A stretch of 64,000 nt of DNA from contig OY969724.1 of NCBI GenBank assembly GCA_963702205.1, positions 2,336,001-2,400,000 on the forward strand. The letters run 5' to 3'. Below are positions 49,662 to 59,294 of this stretch, in pieces. The position numbers and the translations under genes are program-made. The notes beneath the pieces were generated by a model. It was not told the DNA's origin, made no database searches, and was given only the letters and a program-made list of their open reading frames with translations. Positions within the stretch are counted from its first letter, which is position 1. The number at the start of each line of letters is the position of its first letter. This stretch comes from an uncultured candidate division Zixibacteria bacterium (GTDB lineage: Bacteria > Zixibacteria > MSB-5A5 > GN15 > PGXB01).

Positions 49662-50396
49662 ATGATAAAAGGTATGTACAAAGCTGCGTCGGCCATGATC
49701 CCACGGATCAGGCAGCAGGAAACCATCGCCAATAACCTGGCCAACGCTTCCGCCGCCGGATATAAAAAGGATATGGTCTTCACGCGCGAGCTTTCCAAGG
49801 CTCAAGCCAAAACCGCCCCGAAAAAGAATGACTGGCAGACGCCGATGATCGACCAGGTCTATACCGATTACGATCAAGGGCCGATGGATCAGACCAACAA
49901 TCCGCTCGATTTGGCTATCGACGGCGACGGCTTTTTTGTCATCCAGGACCCCACCACCGAAGAGATGTATCTGACCCGGGGCGGGAATTTTTCGGTGAGC
50001 CCCGATGGTTTTCTCAGCACCGCCGACGGAATGCGGGTGATGAGCGACGGTGGTCCGATTGCGCTCGAAGGCGGTGATGTGACCGTTTCCGAGACCGGCC
50101 AGGTCGCTGTTAACGAAGCCCCGGTCGCCAATATTCGTGTGGCCGAACCGGACGATACCGGCAAGCTGACCAAAGTGGGCGAGAACGCTTTCAATATACC
50201 CGACGGGATCGAACTTCGGGCGGCGGTTCATTTCGCCATCAGGCAGGGCTATCTGGAATCGTCGAACGTCGATGCGGTCAAAGAAATGGTAGATATGATA
50301 GTTTCTTTCCGGGGGTACGAGTCCGATGCACAGGCCTTGAAGATGCAGGACGGCACCCTGGATAAACTTATGAACAACGTGGGTCGAGTACGATAA
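49662..50396 (+). CDS. flgF: Flagellar rod protein FlgF
   Basis: MIKGMY.AASAM, ANNLAN..GYK, T.NPLDLAI.GDGFF, TRGGNF, GYLESSNV. Confidence 0.88.
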   Translation: MIKGMYKAASAMIPRIRQQETIANNLANASAAGYKKDMVFTRELSKAQAKTAPKKNDWQTPMIDQVYTDYDQGPMDQTNNPLDLAIDGDGFFVIQDPTTEEMYLTRGGNFSVSPDGFLSTADGMRVMSDGGPIALEGGDVTVSETGQVAVNEAPVANIRVAEPDDTGKLTKVGENAFNIPDGIELRAAVHFAIRQGYLESSNVDAVKEMVDMIVSFRGYESDAQALKMQDGTLDKLMNNVGRVR

Positions 50397-50418
50397 CCCT
50401 TAAGAAAGAGAGGGTGTA

Positions 50419-51204
50419 ATGATAAAAGCAATGAGAACAGCGGCGACCGGTATGGTTGCCCAGCAGATGAATATCGACAACATCGCCAACAACCTGGCTA
50501 ACGTCAATACGACAGGTTTTAAACGGTCTAAAGTCGAATTCCAGGACGTATTATACCAGAATTTGCGTAAAGCCGGAACGGCCACGGCCATTAATACCAG
50601 TGTTCCGACCAATCTTGACGTCGGTTACGGCACCAAGGCCGTGGCGACCGTCCGTGAATTCTCGGTCGGCGATTATGTCCAGACGGATAACGCCCTCGAC
50701 ATGGCCATAAGCGGCAACGGATTTTTCCAGATTGCCATGCCCGACGGAACCACGTCGTACTCCCGCGACGGGGCTTTCAAGCTTTCGGCCGAAGGCCAGA
50801 TGGTCACCTCCGACGGCTTTTTCCTTACTCCGGAAATTACGGTGCCGGAAGATGCCACGTCGGTTTCGGTCACGGTGGACGGTGAAGTTTCGGTCATGAT
50901 TGCCGGAAGTGCCGACCCCCAGACTCTGGGGAATATCGAACTGGCCAAGTTCATTAACCCGGCCGGTTTGTCGGCGGTGGGGCACAACCTCTACACCGAA
51001 ACTCCGGCGTCGGGCGCTCCGATTTTGGGTCAACCGTCGCTCGATGGCTTCGGCAAGCTCGATCAGGGCTATTTGGAAATGTCGAACGTGAAAGTTGTCG
51101 ATGAGATGGTCAACATGATCGTGGCTCAAAGATCGTACGAACTGAATTCCAAGGTCATCCAGACCGGGGAAGAAATGGCCCGGGTCGTAAATAACCTGAA
51201 ATAA
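50419..51204 (+). CDS. flgG: Flagellar distal rod protein FlgG
   Basis: AATGM.AQQ, ANNLANVNTTGFK, FQDVLYQ, RDGAFK, F.NPAGL, LEMSNV..V.EM. Confidence 0.94.
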   Translation: MIKAMRTAATGMVAQQMNIDNIANNLANVNTTGFKRSKVEFQDVLYQNLRKAGTATAINTSVPTNLDVGYGTKAVATVREFSVGDYVQTDNALDMAISGNGFFQIAMPDGTTSYSRDGAFKLSAEGQMVTSDGFFLTPEITVPEDATSVSVTVDGEVSVMIAGSADPQTLGNIELAKFINPAGLSAVGHNLYTETPASGAPILGQPSLDGFGKLDQGYLEMSNVKVVDEMVNMIVAQRSYELNSKVIQTGEEMARVVNNLK

Positions 51205-51215
51205 CGAGTATTAAA

Positions 51216-51908
51216 ATGAAAAGATGCAAATGGATTTGCGCGGGATTATTTCTCTTGATGATGGCCATGACGGCCGCCGCCGATGACGACGGTCTCAAAG
51301 CCGACCTGACCACGGCTATCACGAATTACTATCAGCTCGACGTGCAAAACACGAAAATCGAATTTCGCCGGATTCGTCTCGATGCGAAACAAAGTGCTTA
51401 CGACAGCCTGTCGGTCGAACCGATAACGAAAGGCAGCGATTACGGACGCATCGTCATTGAGGCCAGCCTTTTCAACAAAGGAGAGCTTCTCGAATCAGGA
51501 CAGATCAGTGTCAATATCGTTAAATATGAGAACGTTTTGATGGCCGGTGATCGTATCGGCCGCAATGCCCTGTTGTCTCCCGAACAAATCACAACCGAAA
51601 GCCGGGATGTGACCTATCTGATCGACAAACCGCTGACCGATCTGAACGAAATTGTCGGACGGCGGACCAAACGGCTTATCGTCAAGGGTAATATATTGAC
51701 CTACGCTAATACCGAGATTATCCCGACGGTCGAAGTCGGCAAAGAAGTCAAAATCATTTATCGCTCCGGAGTACTGGAAATTTCCGCGGTCGGTACCGCT
51801 CTCGAAAACGGCTATACCGGCGAAAGCATCCGGGTGCGCAACGAACAATCGAAAAAAACAGTCGAAGCAACCATAAATAACGAGCAAACGGTACTAATTA
51901 CGCCGTGA
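51216..51908 (+). CDS. flgA: P-ring formation chaperone FlgA
   Basis: Signal peptide, SAF-like region, G.ALE.G..GE.IRVRN..SKK. Confidence 0.88.
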   Translation: MKRCKWICAGLFLLMMAMTAAADDDGLKADLTTAITNYYQLDVQNTKIEFRRIRLDAKQSAYDSLSVEPITKGSDYGRIVIEASLFNKGELLESGQISVNIVKYENVLMAGDRIGRNALLSPEQITTESRDVTYLIDKPLTDLNEIVGRRTKRLIVKGNILTYANTEIIPTVEVGKEVKIIYRSGVLEISAVGTALENGYTGESIRVRNEQSKKTVEATINNEQTVLITP

Positions 51909-51921
51909 CGTGAGGTGTGTG

Positions 51922-52509
51922 ATGAAATTAAAAAAGATATTTTGGCTTACGATATTTTTGCTGTTACTCCCGTTCTCCCTGCGTGTCTGGTCCGGTGATT
52001 TCGGGCAGTCGACGTCGCTTTTCACGGACATCAAGGCCCACGGAATCGGGGACATACTGACGGTACTTATATATGAATCCGCGACGGCTTCCACGCAGGC
52101 CGAAACCAAAACCCAGAAAGACGGCAAGTTCGAACTTGAAGGCGGACCGGGAATCGGCACGCTGGACTTTCTGCCTCTGTTCGGAGTCAGCGGTTCAAAC
52201 AAGGGCTCACATAACGGCAAAGGCGAAAGCCAGCGCAGTCAATCATTACGCGGCAAAATGACGGTAACCGTAATCGGCGTCAAAGAAAACGGTGACCTTG
52301 TTATCAAAGGCAGCCGCACGGTCAATATATCCAAAGAAAAAGAAACTATGACCGTCTCCGGCGTCGTACGCCAGAGAGACGTCGCCGCCGACAACACGAT
52401 CGCCTCGTATTTGATCGCCGACGCGGAAATTTCATACACCGGTCGCGGGGCCGGTTCGGATGCCGCCCGTCCGGGACCGCTCATGCGGTTTCTTAACTGG
52501 CTCTTTTAA
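51922..52509 (+). CDS. flgH: Flagellar L-ring protein FlgH (no lipobox)
   Basis: SLFTDIKA..IGDILTV.I.E, NGDL.I.G, SGVVR..D...DNTI.S..IADA.I.Y.G. Confidence 0.9.
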   Translation: MKLKKIFWLTIFLLLLPFSLRVWSGDFGQSTSLFTDIKAHGIGDILTVLIYESATASTQAETKTQKDGKFELEGGPGIGTLDFLPLFGVSGSNKGSHNGKGESQRSQSLRGKMTVTVIGVKENGDLVIKGSRTVNISKEKETMTVSGVVRQRDVAADNTIASYLIADAEISYTGRGAGSDAARPGPLMRFLNWLF

Positions 52510-52518
52510 GGAGGACCG

Positions 52519-53652
52519 ATGCGCAATTTGATATGCACGAAGATTTCTATTCCGACTTTCCTGGTCGTCTGGCTGGCTCTGGCGCTAAGTTTGACCGCGC
52601 CGCAGGCCGATGCCTCGGCACGCATCAAGGACATAGTCAGGATTCACGATAAAAACGAGCTCGACGTCTTCGGCTATGGCCTGATCATCGGTCTCGATGG
52701 TTCCGGGGACAGCAAAAGCACGCAATTTACGATCCAATCGCTGGCCAATATGCTGGAACGGCTCGGTGTTACGGTCGATGCCACCCAGCTCAAAGTCAAG
52801 AACGTCGCGGCGGTGATGGTAACCGCCCGAATTTCATCCGACGCAAAAGAAGGTGACCGGCTGGATGTGACCGTCTCATCGATAGGGGATGCCAGTTCTC
52901 TGCAGGGCGGTGTCCTCATGCTGACCCCGTTGTCGTCCATGCAGGGTGACGTATACGTCCACGCGCAGGGACCGGTGTCGATCGGCGGATTCAACGTCCA
53001 GGTTGAGGGCGGCAGCAAGATTATCAATAACTATACTCTCGTCGGCCGGGTGCCGGGCGGCGGCAAAGTCGTGCGCATCCCCACCGATCTGCCCAATTCC
53101 AAAGAAGTTATGCTTATAGTGCAATCGCCGGATTACGCGACGGCCGATCGTATCGCGACCAAAATCAATACAAAGTACGGTCTGATGGCTTATGTCGATG
53201 ACGCCGCCACGGTTCGTATCGTCGTGCCCGATTCGCTCGACTATCCCAACGACAGAACCCGGATGCTGGCCGACGTCGGTTCGATGACAGTCGAGCCGGA
53301 TTCTCCGGCAAGAGTAGTGATAAACGAACGAACCGGGACTATTGTCGCAGGCGATCATGTCACGATCGCGCCGGTGGCGATAGCGCACGGTAATATTACC
53401 GTCAATATAAAATCGACGCCCGTCATATCCCAGCCCGAACCGTTCTCGCAAGGGGAGACGGTGGTGACATCGGATTATGAGTTGTCGGTAAACAACGAAC
53501 AGGCCCGGGTGGTGAATCTCAAAGAGTCGGTGACCCTGTCCGACGTGGCCAATGCCCTGAATGAAATCGGGGCCGCACCGCGCGACATTATCGCCATTTT
53601 TGAGGCACTTCGCCAGGCCGGTGTCTTAAGAGCGCAACTGGTAATCATATAG
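52519..53652 (+). CDS. flgI: Flagellar P-ring protein FlgI
   Basis: RIKDI, GYGLIIGL.GSGD, KNVAAVMVTA, SLQGG.L, RVVINERTGTIV.G. Confidence 0.95.
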   Translation: MRNLICTKISIPTFLVVWLALALSLTAPQADASARIKDIVRIHDKNELDVFGYGLIIGLDGSGDSKSTQFTIQSLANMLERLGVTVDATQLKVKNVAAVMVTARISSDAKEGDRLDVTVSSIGDASSLQGGVLMLTPLSSMQGDVYVHAQGPVSIGGFNVQVEGGSKIINNYTLVGRVPGGGKVVRIPTDLPNSKEVMLIVQSPDYATADRIATKINTKYGLMAYVDDAATVRIVVPDSLDYPNDRTRMLADVGSMTVEPDSPARVVINERTGTIVAGDHVTIAPVAIAHGNITVNIKSTPVISQPEPFSQGETVVTSDYELSVNNEQARVVNLKESVTLSDVANALNEIGAAPRDIIAIFEALRQAGVLRAQLVII

Positions 53653-53660
53653 AAAAGATC

Positions 53661-54524
53661 ATGCAGGTAAACGGCGGCACACATACGGCGATAACGTCGA
53701 AGGCTCTCAGCGCCAACGAGACTATGGAGGATCGCAAAGCGAAATTATACAAAGCCTCCAAAGACCTCGAATCGATATTTCTGTATCACATGCTGCAAAC
53801 CATGCGAAAGACCGTGCCGGATAACTCCGGTGGTCTCAGTGCTCCCGGTATGGGTTTCGGAAAAGACATGTACACCCAGATGTTCGACCAGGAACTGGCC
53901 TCGAAAATGGCCGGGGTTGGCAACCGCAGTCTGGCCGACGTGCTCTATAAAAATCTCGAAAAGGTCCTGGAGCGGGAATCCGGTATCGAACCCAGGCCGC
54001 ATGATGTAAATACTCTGATCGAAAAGGTTCAGAAGCCGATGAATTTGAAAATCCAAAGCATCCCGCTGGAATCCGATGAACCGGCCAAACTCAAGCCATT
54101 GAAAAAGTCGGAACCGTTCAACGACTTGAAACCGATGATAAATCGGGCTGCGGAAAAATATAACCTCAAACCGGAACTGATCGAGTCGGTCATAAAGGCC
54201 GAGTCGGGCGGCAATCCCCAAGCGGTTTCACGAGCCGGGGCCAAAGGCCTGATGCAGCTTATGGATACGACCGCGACCGACGTCGGTATCACCGATTCAT
54301 TCGACCCCGAGCAGAACATACAGGGGGGAGCGAAATATCTGCGACAAATGCTGGACCGGTTTGGGGATTTAAAGACGGCCCTGGCGGCTTATAACGCGGG
54401 ACCGGGGACGATTGAAAAATATGGCGGTATTCCGCCCTATAAAGAAACCCACGATTATATAGATAAAATTTTGGGACAACTCGAAACCGAACCCGTCGAA
54501 CTGGTTTCGGCGGCTAAAGAGTAA
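53661..54524 (+). CDS. flgJ: FlgJ rod-binding domain fused to an SLT (GH23) lytic transglycosylase
   Basis: N-terminal DLESIF...MLQTMRKTV..MFDQELA; C-terminal AESG, GAKGLMQLM, AAYNAGPG, PPYKET..Y. Confidence 0.82.
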   Translation: MQVNGGTHTAITSKALSANETMEDRKAKLYKASKDLESIFLYHMLQTMRKTVPDNSGGLSAPGMGFGKDMYTQMFDQELASKMAGVGNRSLADVLYKNLEKVLERESGIEPRPHDVNTLIEKVQKPMNLKIQSIPLESDEPAKLKPLKKSEPFNDLKPMINRAAEKYNLKPELIESVIKAESGGNPQAVSRAGAKGLMQLMDTTATDVGITDSFDPEQNIQGGAKYLRQMLDRFGDLKTALAAYNAGPGTIEKYGGIPPYKETHDYIDKILGQLETEPVELVSAAKE

Positions 54525-54541
54525 AATTAAGATGCCGAAAG
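54515..54541 (+). promoter_or_regulatory. Candidate sigma28 promoter upstream of flgN/flgK
   Basis: TAAA-N15-GCCGAAAG; the -10 element overlaps the ORF-track ATG at 54532. Confidence 0.5.
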
Positions 54542-55056
54542 AATTAATAGAAAATAGTGCAGATTCTGAACTGGTACTGGAATTGATTCAAGTACTGGAA
54601 CGGGAAGCGTCCCTGATTGAAACATTCCTCGATTTGTTGGAACGGCAGCAAAAGGCGCTGGTCCAAAACGACATCGCGGAACTGAATCGGGTGACCGATC
54701 TGCAGAGGAAAAAAGTCGCAGAAAGCGCGGAATTGTCAAGACGACGGGAAAAGCTGATAGGACAAATATCGGACGTTTACGATGAACAAGACAATATCAA
54801 TATTTCCAAGCTCATCAGCCTGGTGTCGGCAGGTCATGCTGACAACCTTTCGCGAATCAAAGACAATATTCTCGATCTCAACGACAAGGTTGCCACAGTA
54901 CGCAGCCAGAACGAACTGCTTATCGAGCAGTCGAGGAAAAATATCCGGGTGACCATGGAAATTTTGGGTAAAATAAAATCCCCTCAATACAGTTATGAGA
55001 AAGAGGGGCGTGCCGCCGGAAACGATACCTCCCTGGCAATGGACAGGAGGGTGTAA
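54532..55056 (+). CDS. flgN: Flagellar chaperone FlgN (start uncertain)
   Basis: Helical L..E....LL.L...Q..AL pattern, N..L, Y...G, terminal DRRV; precedes flgK. Confidence 0.8.
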   Translation: MPKELIENSADSELVLELIQVLEREASLIETFLDLLERQQKALVQNDIAELNRVTDLQRKKVAESAELSRRREKLIGQISDVYDEQDNINISKLISLVSAGHADNLSRIKDNILDLNDKVATVRSQNELLIEQSRKNIRVTMEILGKIKSPQYSYEKEGRAAGNDTSLAMDRRV

Positions 55057-56447
55057 TGGGACTTTTCAGCGGAATCGAAATAGGCAAGCGCGCCTTGATG
55101 ACCAACCAGATTTGGCTGCAGACGATTGGTCACAATATCGCCAACGCCAATACACCCGGCTTTTCGCGCCAGCGAGTAAGTACTGCGGCTACTTATCCCC
55201 AGCAATTACCGATCGGGGCCCTCGGGACCGGTGTTTCTGCGATAGGCGTCTATCAGGTTAAAGATCAATTTTTGACAGACCAATATCGCATGCAGAATAA
55301 ATCTCTGGGTGAATGGACCTCGAAAGAGAAAACTTTGAGTCAGCTTGAACAGATTCTAAATGAACCCGGCGACAGCTCCATCAACAGCCTCCTCGATCAG
55401 TTCTGGGCGAAATGGTCAGAACTCGGTAACAACCCGGATTCTTTGTCGGCGCGGTCGGACCTGTTATCGGCGACGACCATACTGACCGATAACCTTCACC
55501 TTATTGCCGGAAAAATCGACGACGTGAGAAAATCGACCGATATCGAAGTCAGCCTGACACTGGAAAAAGTCAATAATATGGCGTCTGAGATTGCCCAGCT
55601 CAACGTCGATATCGCCCGTCAGGAACTCGGGACGGAAAAAGCCAATGATCTGCGCGACCGCCGGGATACGATTATAGATGAACTGTCTTCTTACGTCGAT
55701 CTCAACGTGCACGAACAGGCCAACGGTTCTGCGACCGTCTATATCGGCTCGCTGGCTATCGTGGAGGGTGGCCAGTCGTTTAAGCTGGGAACGCAGGAAG
55801 ACAAATCCGGCGACCAGACGACACATAATATTGTGTGGGCGAACACCGACCATGTCATCAAAAATCTCAAGGGCCAGCTCAAGGGATTAATCGAGACACG
55901 CGATACCACGATCCCCGAGTACCAGAGCGCACTTGATGATCTGGTGCATTCGCTGGTCGCCAATGTCAATGCCGTGCATCGTGATGGATTCGGGCTGGAT
56001 GGTACTACGGGTCTCAACTTTTTCGACCCGGCCGGTGTCACCGCCGATTCCATAAAACTTAATTTCGATATTGAATCCAATCCGGATAAAATCGCGGCTT
56101 CACGCTCCGGTGAGGTCGGGGACAATACTAATTCTCAGGCTATCGCCGATCTTCGCAACAGCCTGCTGATGGAAAACGGGACCGCGACGCTGTCGGATTT
56201 CTATCAGAACATCGTCGGCGATATCGGGATCAAGGCCGGCAATGCCAAGAGTCAGAAATCTAATTTCGAGCTTCTGGTTTTACAAGTGGAAAACAATCGC
56301 CAGTCCGTCCAGGGCGTATCGCTGGATGAAGAAATGGCGCAGATGATAAAGTACCAACACGCTTATGACGCCGCCGCGCGAGTGGTTACGACCATGGATG
56401 AAGCGCTGGGCACGATTATACAGGGAATGGGCGTCACGGGAAGATAG
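55056..56447 (+). CDS. flgK: Hook-associated protein FlgK
   Basis: GHNIANANTPGFSRQ, GTGV, NDLRDRRD, SVQGVSLDEEM..MIKYQHAY.AAA. Confidence 0.94.
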   Translation: MGLFSGIEIGKRALMTNQIWLQTIGHNIANANTPGFSRQRVSTAATYPQQLPIGALGTGVSAIGVYQVKDQFLTDQYRMQNKSLGEWTSKEKTLSQLEQILNEPGDSSINSLLDQFWAKWSELGNNPDSLSARSDLLSATTILTDNLHLIAGKIDDVRKSTDIEVSLTLEKVNNMASEIAQLNVDIARQELGTEKANDLRDRRDTIIDELSSYVDLNVHEQANGSATVYIGSLAIVEGGQSFKLGTQEDKSGDQTTHNIVWANTDHVIKNLKGQLKGLIETRDTTIPEYQSALDDLVHSLVANVNAVHRDGFGLDGTTGLNFFDPAGVTADSIKLNFDIESNPDKIAASRSGEVGDNTNSQAIADLRNSLLMENGTATLSDFYQNIVGDIGIKAGNAKSQKSNFELLVLQVENNRQSVQGVSLDEEMAQMIKYQHAYDAAARVVTTMDEALGTIIQGMGVTGR

Positions 56448-56482
56448 ATAAGCTAACAAGAGATTAGTCCACGGAGGGCGTT

Positions 56483-56803
56483 TTGCTGATTTTGACAAGG
56501 AAGTTGGGTGAATCGATAACTATCGGTGATGAAATTAAAGTCACCGTCCTCGGTGTTTTCGGACGGCAGGTCCGTATAGGCATCGAAGCTCCGCCGAAAG
56601 TGGTCGTTCACCGCGAAGAGGTATATGTCCGCATTCAGAATGAAAACCGCAAGGCTGCCAAATCGGTCAAACAGGACCTGGGCAGTATTGTGAAAGCATT
56701 GAAGGACAAAATCGCCGGAAGCGGCGAGAAAAAGAAACCGCCGGAAATTAAATACAAAAAGGACACGAAAAGGCCTCCCGGTCCCAATGCCGGGACCACC
56801 TGA
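56483..56803 (+). CDS. csrA: Carbon storage regulator CsrA with C-terminal extension
   Basis: [42 protein letters not shown] with TTG start. Confidence 0.93.
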   Translation: MLILTRKLGESITIGDEIKVTVLGVFGRQVRIGIEAPPKVVVHREEVYVRIQNENRKAAKSVKQDLGSIVKALKDKIAGSGEKKKPPEIKYKKDTKRPPGPNAGTT

Positions 56804-56854
56804 TAATATTCCGGTTCGTAAACAGGCCCCGTGTCCGTAAAGAAAGTTTAACGC

Positions 56855-58786
56855 ATGCGAGTATCAAGTTCGATGGTACCAGATCAGGTTTCCTTTAACC
56901 TGAACCGATCCCTTACCCGCTATATGGAACTGCAGACAATGATGTCATCCGGGCGAAGGATCAATGTTCCGTCCGATGATCCGACGGGAACGCAGAAGGA
57001 TATGCAGTACCGCACCATGCTGGCCCAGATAGATCAGTACCAGAGCAATATATCCTATGGAAACAGCCTGCAAAATCACTATGAATCGGCGTTGCGCGAA
57101 ATCGAACAGATGGTTTCCGACGCCAACGTCCTCGCGGTCGGGCTGTCCAACGGTGATTATGACGCCAACGCTCGCCAGGCGGCGGCCGATGACGTTCACG
57201 GTATTTTCGAGGCCATCCTGGCGCAGGCCAATTCTCAGGTGCAGGGGAAATATATCTATTCCGGTTTCAAGACCCGCACAAAATCTTTTGAACTGGGCGC
57301 CAATGGGGTCGAATACATGGGCGATACCGGCAATATCAACGTTGAGATAGAGCCCGGCTCGAAAACGCAGGTCAATCTGCTCGGATCGCAGGTGTTCATG
57401 AACCGGCTGTCGGTATTAGGAGAAAACTCCAATCTTAATCTTGGCATTGGCGCAAACTCGCTTCTGGCTGATTTGAATCTCGGCGCCGGAGTCGATCTGA
57501 CTACCGGCCAGTTCACGGTTACCGACGTCAATAAAAATATCAGCGTGACAATAGACGTCAGCGGAGCCACGACTCTTGACGACGTCGTTACCGCGGTCAA
57601 TACACAACTTACCGCCGGTGGAATAACAAACCTGACGCTCGACTACGGTATCGGCGGGACCGAACTTCAATGGAACTCCGCTCCCGACGGACAAATAACG
57701 GGCGATACGAAATTGACGAATTTGAATGCCGGGCGGGGTGTGGACCTGTCGAGCGGCGTTATCGCCATAAAGAATTTCGATGAATCGATAAACCTCAACG
57801 TCGACCTTTCGGGTGCCACGACGATAGACGACGTATTGCAGGTTCTGAACGATGCTTTCGCGGCCAGTTCCGACCCTCAGGTGCAGGCCCTTACGGCATC
57901 CATAAGCGCAAGTGGAACCGGTATTGATATTTCCGACCCCAATAATCTGGGCCTGACAATTACCGATATTGCGCCGGGCAGTACAACCGCCTCGGATTTG
58001 GGCATTTCCGGCGACGTTGGGCTTGTTCTGAATGGGGCCGATCTGAACCCGCAAACCGAATTTTCCGTCGCGGAAATGGGAGCGGGGCAAACCACGGCCG
58101 GTGATCTGGGTATATCGGGGAATTTCTACGGCATGATGGACGGACAAAGCATTGTTCCTCAATTAACGATGGATACTCCACTGTCGCTTCTCAACAACGG
58201 TCACGGCGAAGAACTGGGGCAGATCAGAATTTCTCTCGGCCGGGTTTCCAGGATAGTCGACCTCGGCAATTCCAGCTACACGACCGTCGGTGATTTGATC
58301 AACGCTTTGAACGGTACCGGGCTGGATATCGAAGCGTCGATAAACGACGCCATGACCGGCATTCAGATTGTCCCCACCGTCGATAACGCCTCACTTATAA
58401 TCGACGAAGTCACGGGTGGAAATACGGCTCATACGCTGGGCATTTTCGGCTCGCCCGATATTTTCGGCAGCCTGATGCTTCTGGAACAAGCACTGCGCAA
58501 CGACGACCAGGGCGTGGTGGGGCAGTTGATGGGCAACCTCGATGAATCGATACAGGATTTGTTGAACAACTTGGCGAAAGTCGGAACCCGCGTCAAGCGC
58601 ATGGATTCGACCCAGTCCCGCCTTAGCGATATGAGTTACACATATAAATCGCTCTTAAGCGACGTCGAAGATGCCGACCTGACCCAACTCGTAACGGATC
58701 TGGCAATGCAGGAAACCAGCTACCAGGCGGCCCTGATTGCATCTTCGAAAATAATACAGCCGACGTTATTGGACTTTTTGGCATAG
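56855..58786 (+). CDS. flgL: Hook-associated protein FlgL, long form (643 aa)
   Basis: SSGRRI..PSDDP, YIYSG.KT, S..EDADL, YQAAL....I.Q.TLLDFL. Confidence 0.92.
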   Translation: MRVSSSMVPDQVSFNLNRSLTRYMELQTMMSSGRRINVPSDDPTGTQKDMQYRTMLAQIDQYQSNISYGNSLQNHYESALREIEQMVSDANVLAVGLSNGDYDANARQAAADDVHGIFEAILAQANSQVQGKYIYSGFKTRTKSFELGANGVEYMGDTGNINVEIEPGSKTQVNLLGSQVFMNRLSVLGENSNLNLGIGANSLLADLNLGAGVDLTTGQFTVTDVNKNISVTIDVSGATTLDDVVTAVNTQLTAGGITNLTLDYGIGGTELQWNSAPDGQITGDTKLTNLNAGRGVDLSSGVIAIKNFDESINLNVDLSGATTIDDVLQVLNDAFAASSDPQVQALTASISASGTGIDISDPNNLGLTITDIAPGSTTASDLGISGDVGLVLNGADLNPQTEFSVAEMGAGQTTAGDLGISGNFYGMMDGQSIVPQLTMDTPLSLLNNGHGEELGQIRISLGRVSRIVDLGNSSYTTVGDLINALNGTGLDIEASINDAMTGIQIVPTVDNASLIIDEVTGGNTAHTLGIFGSPDIFGSLMLLEQALRNDDQGVVGQLMGNLDESIQDLLNNLAKVGTRVKRMDSTQSRLSDMSYTYKSLLSDVEDADLTQLVTDLAMQETSYQAALIASSKIIQPTLLDFLA

Positions 58787-58808
58787 AACCTTCACATTGG
58801 AAAATGTT

Positions 58809-59288
58809 ATGAATTTATCAACGCAAAGATTCGGGGACGTGACGATTCCTGAGAGCAAGATAATTACAATGCCCAAGCCCGTGCTCGGATTCGAACACCT
58901 CAAGAGGTACTGCATCATCGAACGCGACGATACCGAACCGTTTTTATGGTATCAGTCGATCGACGATCCCGGCGTGGCCTTCATGATCGTTAACCCGATC
59001 GTGGTGTGCCCGGATTATCGAATCGAAGTGAATCCCCGGGAACTCGATGAGCTGAGGATCAGGGACGTCAGGGACGTGGAAACGTACGCCATCGTCACCA
59101 TTCCCGATCGGCCGACGGATATCTCCATCAACCTGCAGGGTCCAATCCTGATCAACACCCGGACGCGCCTGGCCAAACAGCTGGTGCTGGTTAATTCGTC
59201 CTATCGTGTCAAGCACCTGCTTTCGGATCTGCTGGACAGCGCGGCCGATATCGAGCTTCCGGAAGTCGTCGAAGAACTGGCGGTGTAG
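58809..59288 (+). CDS. fliW: Flagellar assembly factor FliW
   Basis: T.RFG, GFE, F.W.QS.DDP..AF...NP, INLQGPI.IN. Confidence 0.92.
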   Translation: MNLSTQRFGDVTIPESKIITMPKPVLGFEHLKRYCIIERDDTEPFLWYQSIDDPGVAFMIVNPIVVCPDYRIEVNPRELDELRIRDVRDVETYAIVTIPDRPTDISINLQGPILINTRTRLAKQLVLVNSSYRVKHLLSDLLDSAADIELPEVVEELAV

Positions 59289-59294
59289 ACCCCG

